A stretch of 36,720 bases of DNA from an uncultured Clostridia bacterium (GTDB lineage Bacteria; Bacillota; Clostridia; TANB77; CAG-508): the NCBI GenBank assembly GCA_947624365.1, contig CANQJY010000002.1:1-36720 (forward strand), read 5' to 3'. Shown one piece after another: positions 9,113 to 20,200 of the stretch. The stretch's first letter is position 1. Every line of letters starts with the position of its first letter. Under the pieces are notes generated by a model. That model worked only from the letters and a program-made list of their open reading frames with translations, did not search any database and was not told the origin of the DNA. A program made the translations under genes and the position numbers.

Positions 9113-11296
9113 ATGGACAAAATTAACAAAACAATTGCAGAAGAATTGCAGGTTAAAGAAAGCCAAGTAGAATCAGCAGTAAAATTAATAGATGAAGGCA
9201 ATACAATACCATTTATTGCTCGTTATAGAAAAGAAGCAACAGGAGGATTAAGTGACGAAATACTTAGGGATTTAGGAGAAAGATTAACTTATTTAAGAAA
9301 TCTAGAACAAAGAAAATCTGAAGTTATAAAATCAATTGAAGAACAAGGAAAATTGACAGATGAAATCCTACAAGCTATTGCGATTAGCAAAACACTAGCA
9401 GAAGTTGAAGACATATATAGACCATATAAACAAAAGAAAAAAACAAGAGCAACTGTTGCAAAAGCTAAAGGATTAGAGCCACTAGCGGAAATTATCATTG
9501 AACAACAAGAAACAACACCAATTGAAGAAATAGCAAAACAATATATTAATATTGACAAATTATCAGAAGAAGATAAACAAAATAAGGATAAAGTAGTGGC
9601 AACAGAAGAAGAAGCAATACAAGGAGCTTTAGACATTATAGCAGAAAACATATCAGACAACAGTAAATATAGGAAAGAAATAAAAAGGCAATGCTATAGA
9701 GAAGCGGGAATAGACACAAAAGCAGTAGATGAAGAAAAAAAATCAAATTATGAAATGTATTATGACAAACAAGAGCCAATAAAATATATTCCAAGCCATA
9801 GAATTTTAGCAATCAATAGAGGAGAAAAAGAAGAATTCATAAAAGTTAAAATTCAAAAGCCAGAAGAAAAAATTATAAATTACATTGAAAGAGACATATT
9901 AAAAGGAGAAACGCAATTTACAAATATGTTAAAAGAAACTATATTAGATAGTTTCAAAAGACTAATAGAACCATCTATAGAAAGAGAAATACGTTCAGAT
10001 TTAACAGAAAAAGCAGAAGAAAAAGCAATTAAGGTATTTGGACAAAATGCGAAACAACTATTATTAGGAGCACCAATCAAAGGAAAAACTGTTATGGGAT
10101 TTGACCCAGCATATAGAACAGGATGTAAAATAGCAATTATAGATGAAACAGGAAAACTTTTAGATTATACAACAGTATATCCAACAGAACCACAAAATGA
10201 TGTAGAAGGTGCAAAAAAGGAATTATTAAAATTAATTGAAAAAGACAAAGTTGACATGATAGCAATTGGAAATGGAACAGCCTCAAGAGAATCTGAAATG
10301 TTTGTAGCAGAAATGATAAAAGAAGCAAATAGAGATATTCACTATGTAATTGTTAGTGAAGCAGGAGCATCTGTATATTCTGCATCAAAACTAGCAACAC
10401 AAGAATATCCAGATATTAATGTATCTATAAGAGGAGCAATATCAATTGCAAGAAGACTACAAGACCCATTAGCAGAACTAGTAAAGATAGATCCAAAAGC
10501 TATTGGAGTAGGCCAATATCAGCATGATGTAAATCAAAAAAAATTAGCAGAAAGTTTAACAGGAGTTGTAGAAGACAGTGTTAATAAAGTAGGAGTAGAT
10601 GTAAACACAGCAACACCATCATTGCTATCATATGTATCAGGAATAAATAGTACAATAGCAAAAAACATAGTTAAATATAGAGATGAAAATGGAAAACTAA
10701 AAAACAGAAAAGAATTACTAAAAGTACCAAAGCTAGGGAAAGTAGCATTTGAACAATGTGCAGGTTTCTTAAGAATATTTGATGGAGACAATCCACTAGA
10801 AATAACAGCAGTTCACCCAGAAAGCTATGAACAAACAGAAAAACTATTAGAAAAAATAGGATTTAAAAAACAAGATATTAAAGACAAAGAAAAATTAAAT
10901 GAAATACAACAAAAATTGAAAACAATAGATATTGAAAAAACAGCAAAAGAGTTAGAAATAGGTGAAATGACACTAGCAGATATAATATCAGAGTTATCAA
11001 AACCAGGAAGAGACCCAAGAGAAGACATGCCAAAACCAATACTAAGATCAGATGTTTTAAAAATAGAAGATTTAAAAGAAGGAATGATTGTAACAGGAAC
11101 AGTTAGAAATGTAATTGATTTTGGAGCATTTGTAGATATAGGAATAAAACATGATGGGTTAGTACATATTTCAGAAATGAGTGACAAATACATAAAAAAT
11201 CCAGCAGAAGTTGTATCAGTAGGAGATATTGTTAAAGTAAAAGTTATAAAAATAGACTTAGAAAGACAAAAAGTAGGTCTATCAATGAAAGTATAA
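9113..11296 (+). CDS. tex: Tex (RNA-binding transcription accessory protein, YqgF/HhH/S1 domains)
   Basis: N-terminal IPFIARYRKEATGGL, central YqgF-like GFDPAYRTGCK, and a C-terminal S1 domain GTVRNVIDFGAFVDIG...DGLVHISE. Confidence 0.95.
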   Translation: MDKINKTIAEELQVKESQVESAVKLIDEGNTIPFIARYRKEATGGLSDEILRDLGERLTYLRNLEQRKSEVIKSIEEQGKLTDEILQAIAISKTLAEVEDIYRPYKQKKKTRATVAKAKGLEPLAEIIIEQQETTPIEEIAKQYINIDKLSEEDKQNKDKVVATEEEAIQGALDIIAENISDNSKYRKEIKRQCYREAGIDTKAVDEEKKSNYEMYYDKQEPIKYIPSHRILAINRGEKEEFIKVKIQKPEEKIINYIERDILKGETQFTNMLKETILDSFKRLIEPSIEREIRSDLTEKAEEKAIKVFGQNAKQLLLGAPIKGKTVMGFDPAYRTGCKIAIIDETGKLLDYTTVYPTEPQNDVEGAKKELLKLIEKDKVDMIAIGNGTASRESEMFVAEMIKEANRDIHYVIVSEAGASVYSASKLATQEYPDINVSIRGAISIARRLQDPLAELVKIDPKAIGVGQYQHDVNQKKLAESLTGVVEDSVNKVGVDVNTATPSLLSYVSGINSTIAKNIVKYRDENGKLKNRKELLKVPKLGKVAFEQCAGFLRIFDGDNPLEITAVHPESYEQTEKLLEKIGFKKQDIKDKEKLNEIQQKLKTIDIEKTAKELEIGEMTLADIISELSKPGRDPREDMPKPILRSDVLKIEDLKEGMIVTGTVRNVIDFGAFVDIGIKHDGLVHISEMSDKYIKNPAEVVSVGDIVKVKVIKIDLERQKVGLSMKV

Positions 11297-11303
11297 AAAT
11301 ATG

Positions 11304-11345
11304 GGGATGAACTTTTTGAAAATTATATTTTAAAAAGTTCATCCC
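11304..11345. terminator. Bidirectional terminator between tex and the convergent response-regulator gene
   Basis: 14-bp stem gggatgaacttttt / aaaaagttcatccc. Confidence 0.7.
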
Positions 11346-11352
11346 TAATTAA

Positions 11353-12408
11353 TTACTTTTGCATAATTTTTTGAATAGAAGAAAAATCATTTTTAATAAT
11401 ATCTAAAAACAAATCATCAAGTTCTGGATCGAACTGTGTTCCTCGGCAACGCTCAAACTCAGAAATAACTTTTTCCATAGGGAGAGAATCACGGTAAGAA
11501 CGTTTAGAAGTCATTGCGTCAAAACTGTCAGCAATAGATGTAATTCTAGCTAAATATGGAATATCATTACCAGCTAAACGACTAGGGTAACCAGTTCCAT
11601 CATATTTCTCATGATGATGTTCAACCATTGGTAAAATATCCTTAAAAATAGAGGCATTTGACAAAATATGAACACCAATATTAGGGTGTTGCTTAATTTG
11701 AGAATATTCATCATCTGTTAATTTAGAATCTTTTTGTAAAATACTATCAGGTACCCCTATTTTTCCAATATCATGGAAAAGCCCCCCAAGATGTAAAAGT
11801 TTTAAATCATCATCAGAAAGACCTAGTTTTTTTCCAATTAAAACAGAGTACTCAGCAACTCTTTCAGAGTGGCCTCGAGTGTAAATATCTTTTGCCTCAA
11901 CAGTATAACGAAGAGTCTCAATACTTTCTAGATAAGCCTTCTCCAATTTTTCATAAGTATCTTTTAACTCGTTATTAATATTTTTTATTTCGTTCATTTG
12001 TTTAATAGACTTAATACCAGACTCTATTAACAATAACAATTGATCAAATTTATCACTTTTTTCGCAATATCCTTGTATATCCAGTCTTTTAATAGTTTCC
12101 AAAGGAGGTGCTAAATCTTTATGCCCTGTTAAAAGTAAAATATATAAATCTTTATTAAATTTACGAATTTCTTCAACTACCTGGTCACCATGGTAAGGTG
12201 TCATAATGAAATCTAAAATCATTAAATCAAAATGTTCATTTCTTACACGTTCAACGGCTTCCATAGGATCAGTAACACCTGTAAATTGGTATCCAGTTCT
12301 TTTTAAAAATATGGATAAAGAATCAACAATTCCCATTTCATCATCAACAGCAATAATTTTATATGAATTATTCTCGGCGTTTTCCAAATTTTGTAAGCCT
12401 TTTCTCAT
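11353..12408 (-). CDS. Response regulator with REC receiver and HD-GYP (c-di-GMP phosphodiesterase-type) output domain
   Basis: REC: IIAVDDE...DLMILDFIM...LLTGH. HD-GYP: HSERVAEY, HDIGK, HHEKYDGTGYP. No DNA-binding domain. GGGGG RBS. Confidence 0.9.
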   Translation of the reverse strand: MRKGLQNLENAENNSYKIIAVDDEMGIVDSLSIFLKRTGYQFTGVTDPMEAVERVRNEHFDLMILDFIMTPYHGDQVVEEIRKFNKDLYILLLTGHKDLAPPLETIKRLDIQGYCEKSDKFDQLLLLIESGIKSIKQMNEIKNINNELKDTYEKLEKAYLESIETLRYTVEAKDIYTRGHSERVAEYSVLIGKKLGLSDDDLKLLHLGGLFHDIGKIGVPDSILQKDSKLTDDEYSQIKQHPNIGVHILSNASIFKDILPMVEHHHEKYDGTGYPSRLAGNDIPYLARITSIADSFDAMTSKRSYRDSLPMEKVISEFERCRGTQFDPELDDLFLDIIKNDFSSIQKIMQK

Positions 12409-12435
12409 ATGCAGTCCCCCTTTAAAATTTTCTTT

Positions 12436-12464
12436 ATTATATTAGTAAAAAACAATAAATGCAA
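12436..12464 (-). promoter_or_regulatory. Possible internal sigma-A-type promoter for the response-regulator gene
   Basis: On the minus strand: TTGCAT (12464-12459), 17-bp spacer, TATAAT (12441-12436), in the 71-bp HK-RR gap. Confidence 0.4.
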
Positions 12465-12479
12465 GTATTTTGGACAAAT

Positions 12480-14285
12480 TTATTCAATTGGTAATATAAT
12501 ATTAAAAGTAGTACCAGTACCTTTTTTAGTTTCAAAAGTAATATCTCCGCCGAAATGAGCTTTAATAGTTGAATATGACATATATAAACCAAGTCCAGTT
12601 CCGTTTTTTCCTTTTGTTGTAATCATTTCTGTAAATATTTTATCTTTTACTTTATCAGGTAAACCTGGACCATAATCCTTGATAGAAATAGTTAAGTGAT
12701 TACTATCATCTTTATGAACAATTAAATCAATTGTTTGATTAGGCTTACCAGCATATGCCTGTATAGAATTAGAAATCATATTATTAATAACTTGAACTAA
12801 GCTATTAATGTCTCCATGTAATTGAGTGTTTTCAGGAACTTCTAAAGATGTATTTAAATACACAATAGCATTTTTTAATTCATGTCTCATTAAAATATCA
12901 ATACGTTTTACAAGCTCTTCTACATCAAAAGTAACAGTATCTGACTCTGACATAACAACGGCCTGGCCTTTAACAGCAGTAATAACATCAGACATATATT
13001 CTGAATATTCCTTTATTTTTTTAGTCCAAGTCATCATATCCCTAGCGATTTCGTGATGATCTTGAGAATTTACTTCAGGGTCATCAATTGAAGAATCATA
13101 TTCTTTTATCAAATCGGAAATTCCTTCAGTAGCACCAGCAATTGACATTATAGGAGTTTTTAAGTTATGAGCAATTCCACCAATTAATTGTCCAAGAGAA
13201 GCTAAACGTTCAGCTTCCATTAAAGTTTCTTGACTATCTTTTAGTCTTTGCATATCTGTTACATGTTGAGTAATATCTTTAAATAAAACTAAAGATCCAA
13301 TAAAAATTTTTTTATTATATAAAGGGCTAAGCTCTATATTAAAGTGTTTATCAATAGCAGAATCAAAAAACTCAATGCTACATGTTTTACCTGTTTTAAT
13401 AGCAGAATAAAAAGACTGTTTAAAATTCTCTATATTTTTTGTATCATGGAACAAATCAAAAATTTTCTTTTTACGAATAGATTGATTTTGCATTTGAAAA
13501 GTTTTAACAAATGTACCATTGTAATCTATAATAGATTCATCTGTATCAAGTACTAAATAGCTGTCTGACATAACATCCACAATACGCTGTAAAGCAATAG
13601 GGGACACATTAAGCAGACTAAATTTAAAAATTGCAAATCCATATAATAAAACCGTAATAGCAAAACTGATTGGAGTCAAAAATACATTCATACTAATTAT
13701 TTTTGTTGTTCCTAAAACATTAATGGCAATTGGTATTAAAGATCCAATCAACAATAAAATAGATTGAATAGAAAATAAACCAGAAGTCTTAAATGATGTA
13801 GTAAGTAATATAACCATACTTACAATAAACAAAGCATAAGTGTATATAGAATGTATATAAAAATATTGGCCATAAACAGTGTCTGATATTATAGAAGAAT
13901 ATTTTATATAAAATAAATGATGAAGATCATTAGTCCATAATATCAACAAAGTAATAATTGGTACAACAAACAAAAGTAGATAAGATTTCTGAAACTTGAT
14001 TTTTGTATTTTTAAATGTTAATGCTAAGAAGAAAAAAGCAACAGGCAAAAAGCAAGTACCAATATAAATAAAATATTCATAGTAAATAGGGTTTACCCCA
14101 AAAGTTTCAGACATAATACTCTGTAGTAATACCCCAATACTAATTAGTATAATACAACTTATTGTACAAAGAAAAGCTTTATGCAATTGTTTTAAAGGAC
14201 GTTGGCGTAGTACGTAAAGTACAAGTATAATAGACAAAACAATTGATATAATTAATAAAATAAAAGGGATTGTTACAATTTCCAT
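12480..14285 (-). CDS. Sensor histidine kinase: multi-pass (about 7 TM) N-terminal domain, PAS-like segment, HisKA, HATPase_c
   Basis: About 230 aa of hydrophobic helices, then the H-box GGIAHNLKTPI, an N-box NNMISNSIQA, and G-boxes DYGPGL and GTGLGL. The AGGAG RBS overlaps the NRPS stop codon. Confidence 0.9.
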   Translation of the reverse strand: MEIVTIPFILLIISIVLSIILVLYVLRQRPLKQLHKAFLCTISCIILISIGVLLQSIMSETFGVNPIYYEYFIYIGTCFLPVAFFFLALTFKNTKIKFQKSYLLLFVVPIITLLILWTNDLHHLFYIKYSSIISDTVYGQYFYIHSIYTYALFIVSMVILLTTSFKTSGLFSIQSILLLIGSLIPIAINVLGTTKIISMNVFLTPISFAITVLLYGFAIFKFSLLNVSPIALQRIVDVMSDSYLVLDTDESIIDYNGTFVKTFQMQNQSIRKKKIFDLFHDTKNIENFKQSFYSAIKTGKTCSIEFFDSAIDKHFNIELSPLYNKKIFIGSLVLFKDITQHVTDMQRLKDSQETLMEAERLASLGQLIGGIAHNLKTPIMSIAGATEGISDLIKEYDSSIDDPEVNSQDHHEIARDMMTWTKKIKEYSEYMSDVITAVKGQAVVMSESDTVTFDVEELVKRIDILMRHELKNAIVYLNTSLEVPENTQLHGDINSLVQVINNMISNSIQAYAGKPNQTIDLIVHKDDSNHLTISIKDYGPGLPDKVKDKIFTEMITTKGKNGTGLGLYMSYSTIKAHFGGDITFETKKGTGTTFNIILPIE

Positions 14286-14296
14286 AAAAAAACTCC

Positions 14297-17200
14297 TTAT
14301 AAAAATTTCATTCTTTTAAAATATTTTATATATTGTATTATATAATTTTTGTCAATATTTTTCCAGTAAAATCCGATAGATTGTAAAAATTTTTCAGAAA
14401 AAGTACTATCCAATCGAATTCTAGAGGTATATACCAACTGTTTCTGGCTATCCAAATCATGGATAATACCAGACAAAATTTGCTTTTTATCATCATCTTC
14501 TAATATTTCATTAATCAATTTTGTCATTTCTTCATTTGAAACAGGCAATATATTATATCCAAATTCAGTTAAAGTATCAGCAAACAATTGTAATGAAAGT
14601 AGTTTAGTATCATAGATATGTAAAACAGTACAATCACTAGTATAGCCAGTTAAACGAATAATAGCATCAGCACATAAATCAACAGGTGTTACTTCAACTT
14701 CATGTTGTAATGCATAAGCAGGAAATGCTCCTAATTTAACAAAAGATTGAATACGTTTTGCAAAAGCGTTTTCATCAATATTTCTTTGAAATCTACCATC
14801 ACGATAACGATTTGAAATATTACCAATACGCAAAATCATTGCATCTAAACCATCTAAAATAGCTTCTAACACAATACGTTCAGCCTTAAATTTAGTTATA
14901 GTATAAATACCTTTTAAATGTTGACCAACAAATAAATCTTTTTCACTAAAAATAACTTTATCATTTATATTTTCAGAAGTTTCTACAATGGCTTCTTCTT
15001 TTTCACCATTACCAGAAACACTAATTGTAGAAATATGGAAAAGCCTTTTATTAAATTCTTTACACCATGAAACAACATTAGCAGTGCCTAAAATATTTAT
15101 GTTTTCAAACAATTCTTTATTACCATAGTGTTTTACAATTGCACCAGCGTGAATTACAGTTGAAACTTCTTGTTTTAAAAGATTTGTATCTTCTTCAGAA
15201 AGAGATAGATTTTGTTCTGTAATATCACCTTCAATTACATGTATGCGAAAACTATATTGATCATAAAAAGCTTCACCAAAATAATATTGTAAAGTATTTT
15301 TCAATCTTTCATAAGGAATTATATTATCTTTTTTACGTATTAAGCAATAAATATCACCAGTTTTCCTTTTTAAAAATGAACCAATCAAATGAGCCCCAAC
15401 ATAGCCAGTACCACCAATTAAAAATACATTTCCAGTATCTACTTTTTTAATAGAATTCAAATATTCTTCAGAATTCTTTGAAAGTAATTCATCAAATTTT
15501 TGATAATTATAATTTTCAATATCACCTTTTTGTAAACGGTGTCTAGTTTTAGCAGACAATTGGTGAATAGTAGGAAAATTGAAAATATCAGCATATTCAA
15601 AATCAAAACCTTCACGTAAAGCATCAATTTGCATATTAATTGCCAAAATAGAATCTCCACCAATATCGAAGAAATTATCATAAATAGATATATCATCTAA
15701 ATGTAAAATACGTTTCCAAATATTCCATAATTTTTTCTCATTTGGTGTTTTTATTTCATCAATAATTTTTGCAACTTTACGCTCATTTATATCAGGAATT
15801 GGTAATGCTTTTCTATCAATCTTACGATTAATTGTATAAGGCATTTCTTCCAAACGGAAAATATAAGTAGGAACCATATATGCTGGTAAATTTTTTTTAA
15901 GAATATCTTTTACGTCACCTTCTGTAATATATGAATTTTCATCACAAACATAGTATCCACACAAAAATTCACGATCTTCAATACATACTTTATGAGCAAC
16001 ACTAGATATAACACCAGGAATTTGTTCCATAACACCTTCAATTTCACCAAGCTCTATACGCAATCCACGTAATTTAATTTGATTATCTATACGCCCTAAA
16101 CATTGAACTTTTCCATCAAAAGTCCATTTACCAATATCGCCAGATTTATACATTTTGCCAGTTCCAAAAGGATTATCAATAAATTTATCATGAGTCATAT
16201 CAGGTTTACCAAGATAACCAAGGCCAACTTGAATACCAGAAATATAAATTTCACCAACAACACCAATTGGAACAGGGCGAAGATATTTATCTAATATATG
16301 AATTTGCGTATTCAAAATAGGAGGGCCGATTGTAATACGATCTTCACCATTTAAATTTTGAACATTACAAAGTACAGTAATTTCACTAGGACCATAAATA
16401 TTGTAAATAGTAACATTATCAGATAATTCACGTAAATCTTTTACAAATTTTTCAGGTAAAGGTTCTCCACCAAAAACCATATGTTTGATTTGGGACAAAG
16501 CAGAAGGTGATACACGATTATCATAATTTATTTTCATTAAGCTAGGAGTTACAGTCATAACATCTCCACCATATTGTTTGATTAATTTATCTAGTAGGAT
16601 AGGATTTCTATGTTCTTCGTTATTTGCCATTAAAATACGTAACCCATGCCCTAAAGAAACTAAAATTTCATAAACAAAAATATCAAAAGGTGTAGAAGTA
16701 ACAGAAACTAAGCAATGTTCATTTCCATCTTTTAAATATTCTAAAACTTTACCCATTGCAATAACCATATTTGCAAGTCCAATCTGATGTAACATAACTC
16801 CTTTAGGCTTACCCGTAGAGCCAGAAGTATATATAACATAAGATAAATCCATAGAATTAACAGTTACATTTGGATTATTGAAATGCTTTAAATATATAGG
16901 GCTATCTAAATCAATTTCTATACAATGTTCTATATTTTTAACAAGTTTTTTTAAAGACTTTTGTACCAAAACATATTTTGCCTTACAATCTTTTAAATAA
17001 TATTTTGTACGTTCTATGGGATATGTAGGGTCAACATTCAAAAAGGCAGCTCCAGCTTTTAAAATTCCAAGCATACATACAATAGTTTCAAAAGAACGAT
17101 TAGTCATAATACACACAATATCATTTGGCTTAATTCCTTGTGAAATCAAATAATGAGCAAGCGAATTTGCCTTTTTATTTAATTCTTTATATGTTAAATT

Positions 17201-20200
17201 TTTTCCATCACAAATAATAGCAATATCTTCAGGATGTAGCATTACTTGATTCTCAAATATTTCAACAAATGAATTGTATTCAATATCACCAGCTGTATTA
17301 TTAAAAGATTGCAACAAATTATTTTCTTCTTCTGTTAAGGCAGGTATTTTATGCAAAGGAAGATCCATAAAAGAAGATAAATGTTGTAAAATATATAAAT
17401 AATGTTTATATAAACTGTCAATAGTTTCCTCTGCAAATAATGCAGTTTGATATTCAAATGAAATCTCTAAAGTAGAAGGATTAATTTCTACTGTTAAAGG
17501 AAATTTTGCTGTATGTGTATGAGCACCATATAATTCAACAGATTTGTTATTAAGAGAAATTTGTTCTACTTCTTCATTTTGATATGTAAATACCACATCA
17601 AAGACAGAAGAATTTGCAGGAACATTAATATCTTTTACAAAAGTATTATAAGGATAAGGCTGATGAGATAGACCATCTAAAACCGTTTCTTTTACTTGTT
17701 GTAACAAATCTAAAAAACTACAATCACTATTAATATCTATTGCCAAAACAACATTATTAACAAACATACCAATCATATTATTTAATTCTTTATGATAGCG
17801 AGACTCAATTGGAGAACCAATAATTAGAGTTTCTTGCCCAGTATATAAATATAGTAATAAATATAAAGCACTTAAAAATACCATATATTCAGAAACATGG
17901 TGATTAGAAGCTATATCAGAAATTGCATTAAATAAATCAGTATCAAATTTAAAAGTTAAGCGTTCTCCATCATATGATTTTTGATTTGTTACTGGATAAT
18001 CATAAGGTAAGTTAATAACAGGAATTGATAAATCTTTAAATTTATTTTTCCAATATTCTTGATAATCTAAAAATGCCTCAGAAGAAAACATATCATTTTC
18101 CCACATAGTATAATCTGTATAAGAGTATCTACTTTTATCTAATTCTTGACCTTGATATAATTTGCAAAAATCAGATAGCAAAATATATAAAGAAGTACCA
18201 TCTAATATAATATGATGAGAATCCAGTAATATTAAAGTAGAAGAATTAATATAATGTACTTCTACACGTAACAATGGAGCAAAGTCTAAATCAAATATTT
18301 TAGGAAAATTATCAACCAACTCAGAAATATATTCAGGAGTTGAAATACCATCATCATAATAAGGAATGTCTAAGTTTACATGTTTTAAAATAAACTGTCT
18401 TACTTCTCCATTTTCTATTTTAAAATAAGTACGGAAAATAGGATGTCTTTCTACTAATTCTGAAAAAGCTTCACGGATTTTTTGAATATCTAATAAATCA
18501 TTAATTAAAATACCACCACTTACATGATAAACAAGAGAATCACCAGCCATTTTTGTTGCATAATAAATTCTTTCTTGTGCTGAAGAAAGTGGATAAGAAG
18601 GCATAGGCGTTGCTTTCTTAAGTTTTACTATACAATCTTTCTTGTCCTTTCCACTTAAAAATATTGCCAAAGATTGAATAGTAGGATATTGGAATAAGTC
18701 AGTAATAGAAATAGCCTTTCCTGAAAATCCTTCTATCTCTAAGCAGAAACGAATTCCTTGCAAAGAGTCCATACCTAAAGTAAAGAAATTTTCATCAATA
18801 GAAATTTGTTTTAATCCTAATAAATGGCATAAAGAGTCATGCAATTTTGCTTGCATAGAATTTGTGGGACCAACAAAATCCCTACGGAAATCTGCAAAAT
18901 CAGGCAAAGTAGATATATCAATTTTACCATTTTTTGTAACAGGAAATTTATCTAATAATATAAAATGTGAAGGTATCATATAGTAAGGTAAAAGTTTTGA
19001 AAGTTCCAATTTTAAATTTTCAATAGACAAAGAATTATCTTCTAATATTACATAAGCACAAAGACAATCTATCTTCTCAATAGATTTCACAAGAATAAGT
19101 GCATTTTTAACACCTGAAATATTTTTTAATCTATTTGTAATTTCTTGTAATTCAATACGATGGCCATGTAATTTAATTTGAGAATCATTTCTACCCATAA
19201 AGCAAAGATACCCCTTTTTATCCCAACGAACAATATCACCGGTTCTATAAAAAAGGGAAGAGCCAAATCCAGGTAATAATATATAACTTTTTTCATTCAT
19301 TGAAACATTATGCAAATAACCTTTCGAAACATTTTCTCCACTAATACATAATTCTCCAGGGTATCCAATAGGCATAATATTTCCAAAGTGATTTATAACT
19401 ACAATTATATTATTTTTTAAAGGATATCCAATAGGAACAATCCCATCAGAATCATCTTCTTTAGTATATTTATAAAATGTAGAGCAAATAGTAGCCTCAG
19501 TAGGGCCATAGCCATTTACAATTTCTATGTTTTCATTTAAATTAAAATATTTACGCAAATCTGCTTTTTTTATTGCTTCTACACCAACTAACATTTTATT
19601 TAATGCAATTGTTGAACAATGTGAATATACATAGTTATATACATCATTTAAAATATTTGGAGGAATATATAAAAAGGTAATTTGTTCTTCTTCCAAAAGT
19701 TCGCATAAAAGAGGAATATCTGTTAATGTGTTTTGAGGATATAAAACTAAAGTAGCTCCAAAACATAATGGAGTGAATAGTTCACACACACTCACATCAA
19801 ATGAAATATTTGTACTAGATAAACAAACATCTTCATTTGAAAATCCATTTTCAAAACAATTAGAAAAAGTATATAAAAAATTAACTAAATTACGATGTGT
19901 AAGCATAACTCCTTTTGGCCTTCCAGTAGAACCAGAAGTATAAATTACATAGCATAAACGATTACTAGCAATAGACACATGTAAAGAGTCAGAAGAATAA
20001 TCATCTAAAGAAATATCAGTTGCACGTGAAACAACCAAATTTTTAATATCATTTAACTTGAATAATTGATCTGTTAAAAATAGTTTAGCATGACTATCAG
20101 TTAAAATATATCGAATTCTATCTTCAGGATAATCAAAAGACATTGGTAAATAAGCAGCACCCAATTTTAAAATTGCTAAAATACTAATAACAAAGAAATC

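Noticed and set aside
12467-12480. On the minus strand, GTCCAAAATAC just upstream of the putative RR promoter resembles half of the GTCC-N6-GGAC unit
   Set aside because: Only the GTCC plus A-tract half is present, with no GGAC partner. An 8-10 nt partial match in AT-rich DNA is expected by chance.
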